Shown here: positions 63,401 to 64,000 of the stretch, in pieces
Numbering within the stretch: position 1 is the stretch's first letter
Layout: each line of letters opens with the position of its first letter
Source: Tubulanus polymorphus
Lineage: Eukaryota > Animalia > Nemertea
Reading direction: 5' to 3'
Assembly (NCBI RefSeq): GCF_964204645.1
Contig: NC_134028.1
Coordinates: 3,720,001 to 3,784,000 of the forward strand
DNA length: 64,000 bases
The notes under the pieces: generated by a model
The model's database searches: none
The model's input: the letters and a program-made list of their open reading frames with translations, nothing else
Told to the model about the DNA's origin: nothing
Program-made: the position numbers and the translations under genes

Positions 63401-64000
63401 GTGGTCACTGTCAAAGAGCCGAAAAGCGATTTCTCTAAAACAGTCTGTTTTCTTCACCGTGGCATGGAGTTTGGGGTAAATATAAACCTAATCGATAAAA
63501 TGGAAGAGTTTTCTCTTCGTTTTGAAGAGAGCTGCGAGATACATACTAATGGCCGACCTTACTTGCGACGATGGAATATGTAAGCACATGGCAGTAACTA
63601 TCATAGACGTTATTTCCAAAAAACTATGTTCAGTAGATCTAATTACTTCCTCACCACCAACACCGACGCCACTAACACGACCATATTTTTCCTCCGACGC
63701 CCGGCGTCAATTCTAAAAGCCATTATGAAGTTAATTTTACGCCTGGTGAATGATAGATGAATACGCGTCATTGAAGTTTGCGATTCACACACCGACCGAC
63801 ATCGCGTTTCTGTCTTCTGTGTAATTATGTTTCCAAACTGATGAAATGGGATTTTCACTCATTTTAAGATTATGCGCCTCGTGCGATTGGGAAAAATAGT
63901 TACAACTCCAGACACAACTCCAAATTCTTATGCAGAATACATATATAATATAATATAATATAGATAATGTTTAGTGTTGATTATAAGATATGTAAAGTAA

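Overview
AT-rich, intron-containing eukaryotic (animal) genomic DNA with mostly short (about 80-350 nt) GT-AG introns, probably from a marine invertebrate (a spiralian origin is my inference). By hand I reconstructed about 11 genes: CLN8, a highly divergent opsin, a 6-exon non-alpha Cys-loop (nAChR-like) channel spanning 25.6 kb with a 17.2-kb intron, a type II membrane SAM methyltransferase, ODAD3/CCDC151, an MS4A/CD20-like protein, an 8-exon FHA-like plus helical-repeat protein, LRRC20, a small secreted PAN-like protein, a neuropeptide-type GPCR and a LicD/fukutin-family enzyme. There are also several orphan ORFs, at least four MITE/palindrome families, a tRNA-derived element and tandem repeats. 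Three observations stand out. The opsin keeps the retinal-binding Lys but has lost the TM3 disulfide Cys and has no acid at the known counterion sites. The convergently facing Cys-loop channel has lost most of the acetylcholine aromatic box and has a His/acid-rich loop C. A MITE sits inside a splice donor and its own terminus restores the GTAAG consensus. All alignments were done by eye; no database searches were run.
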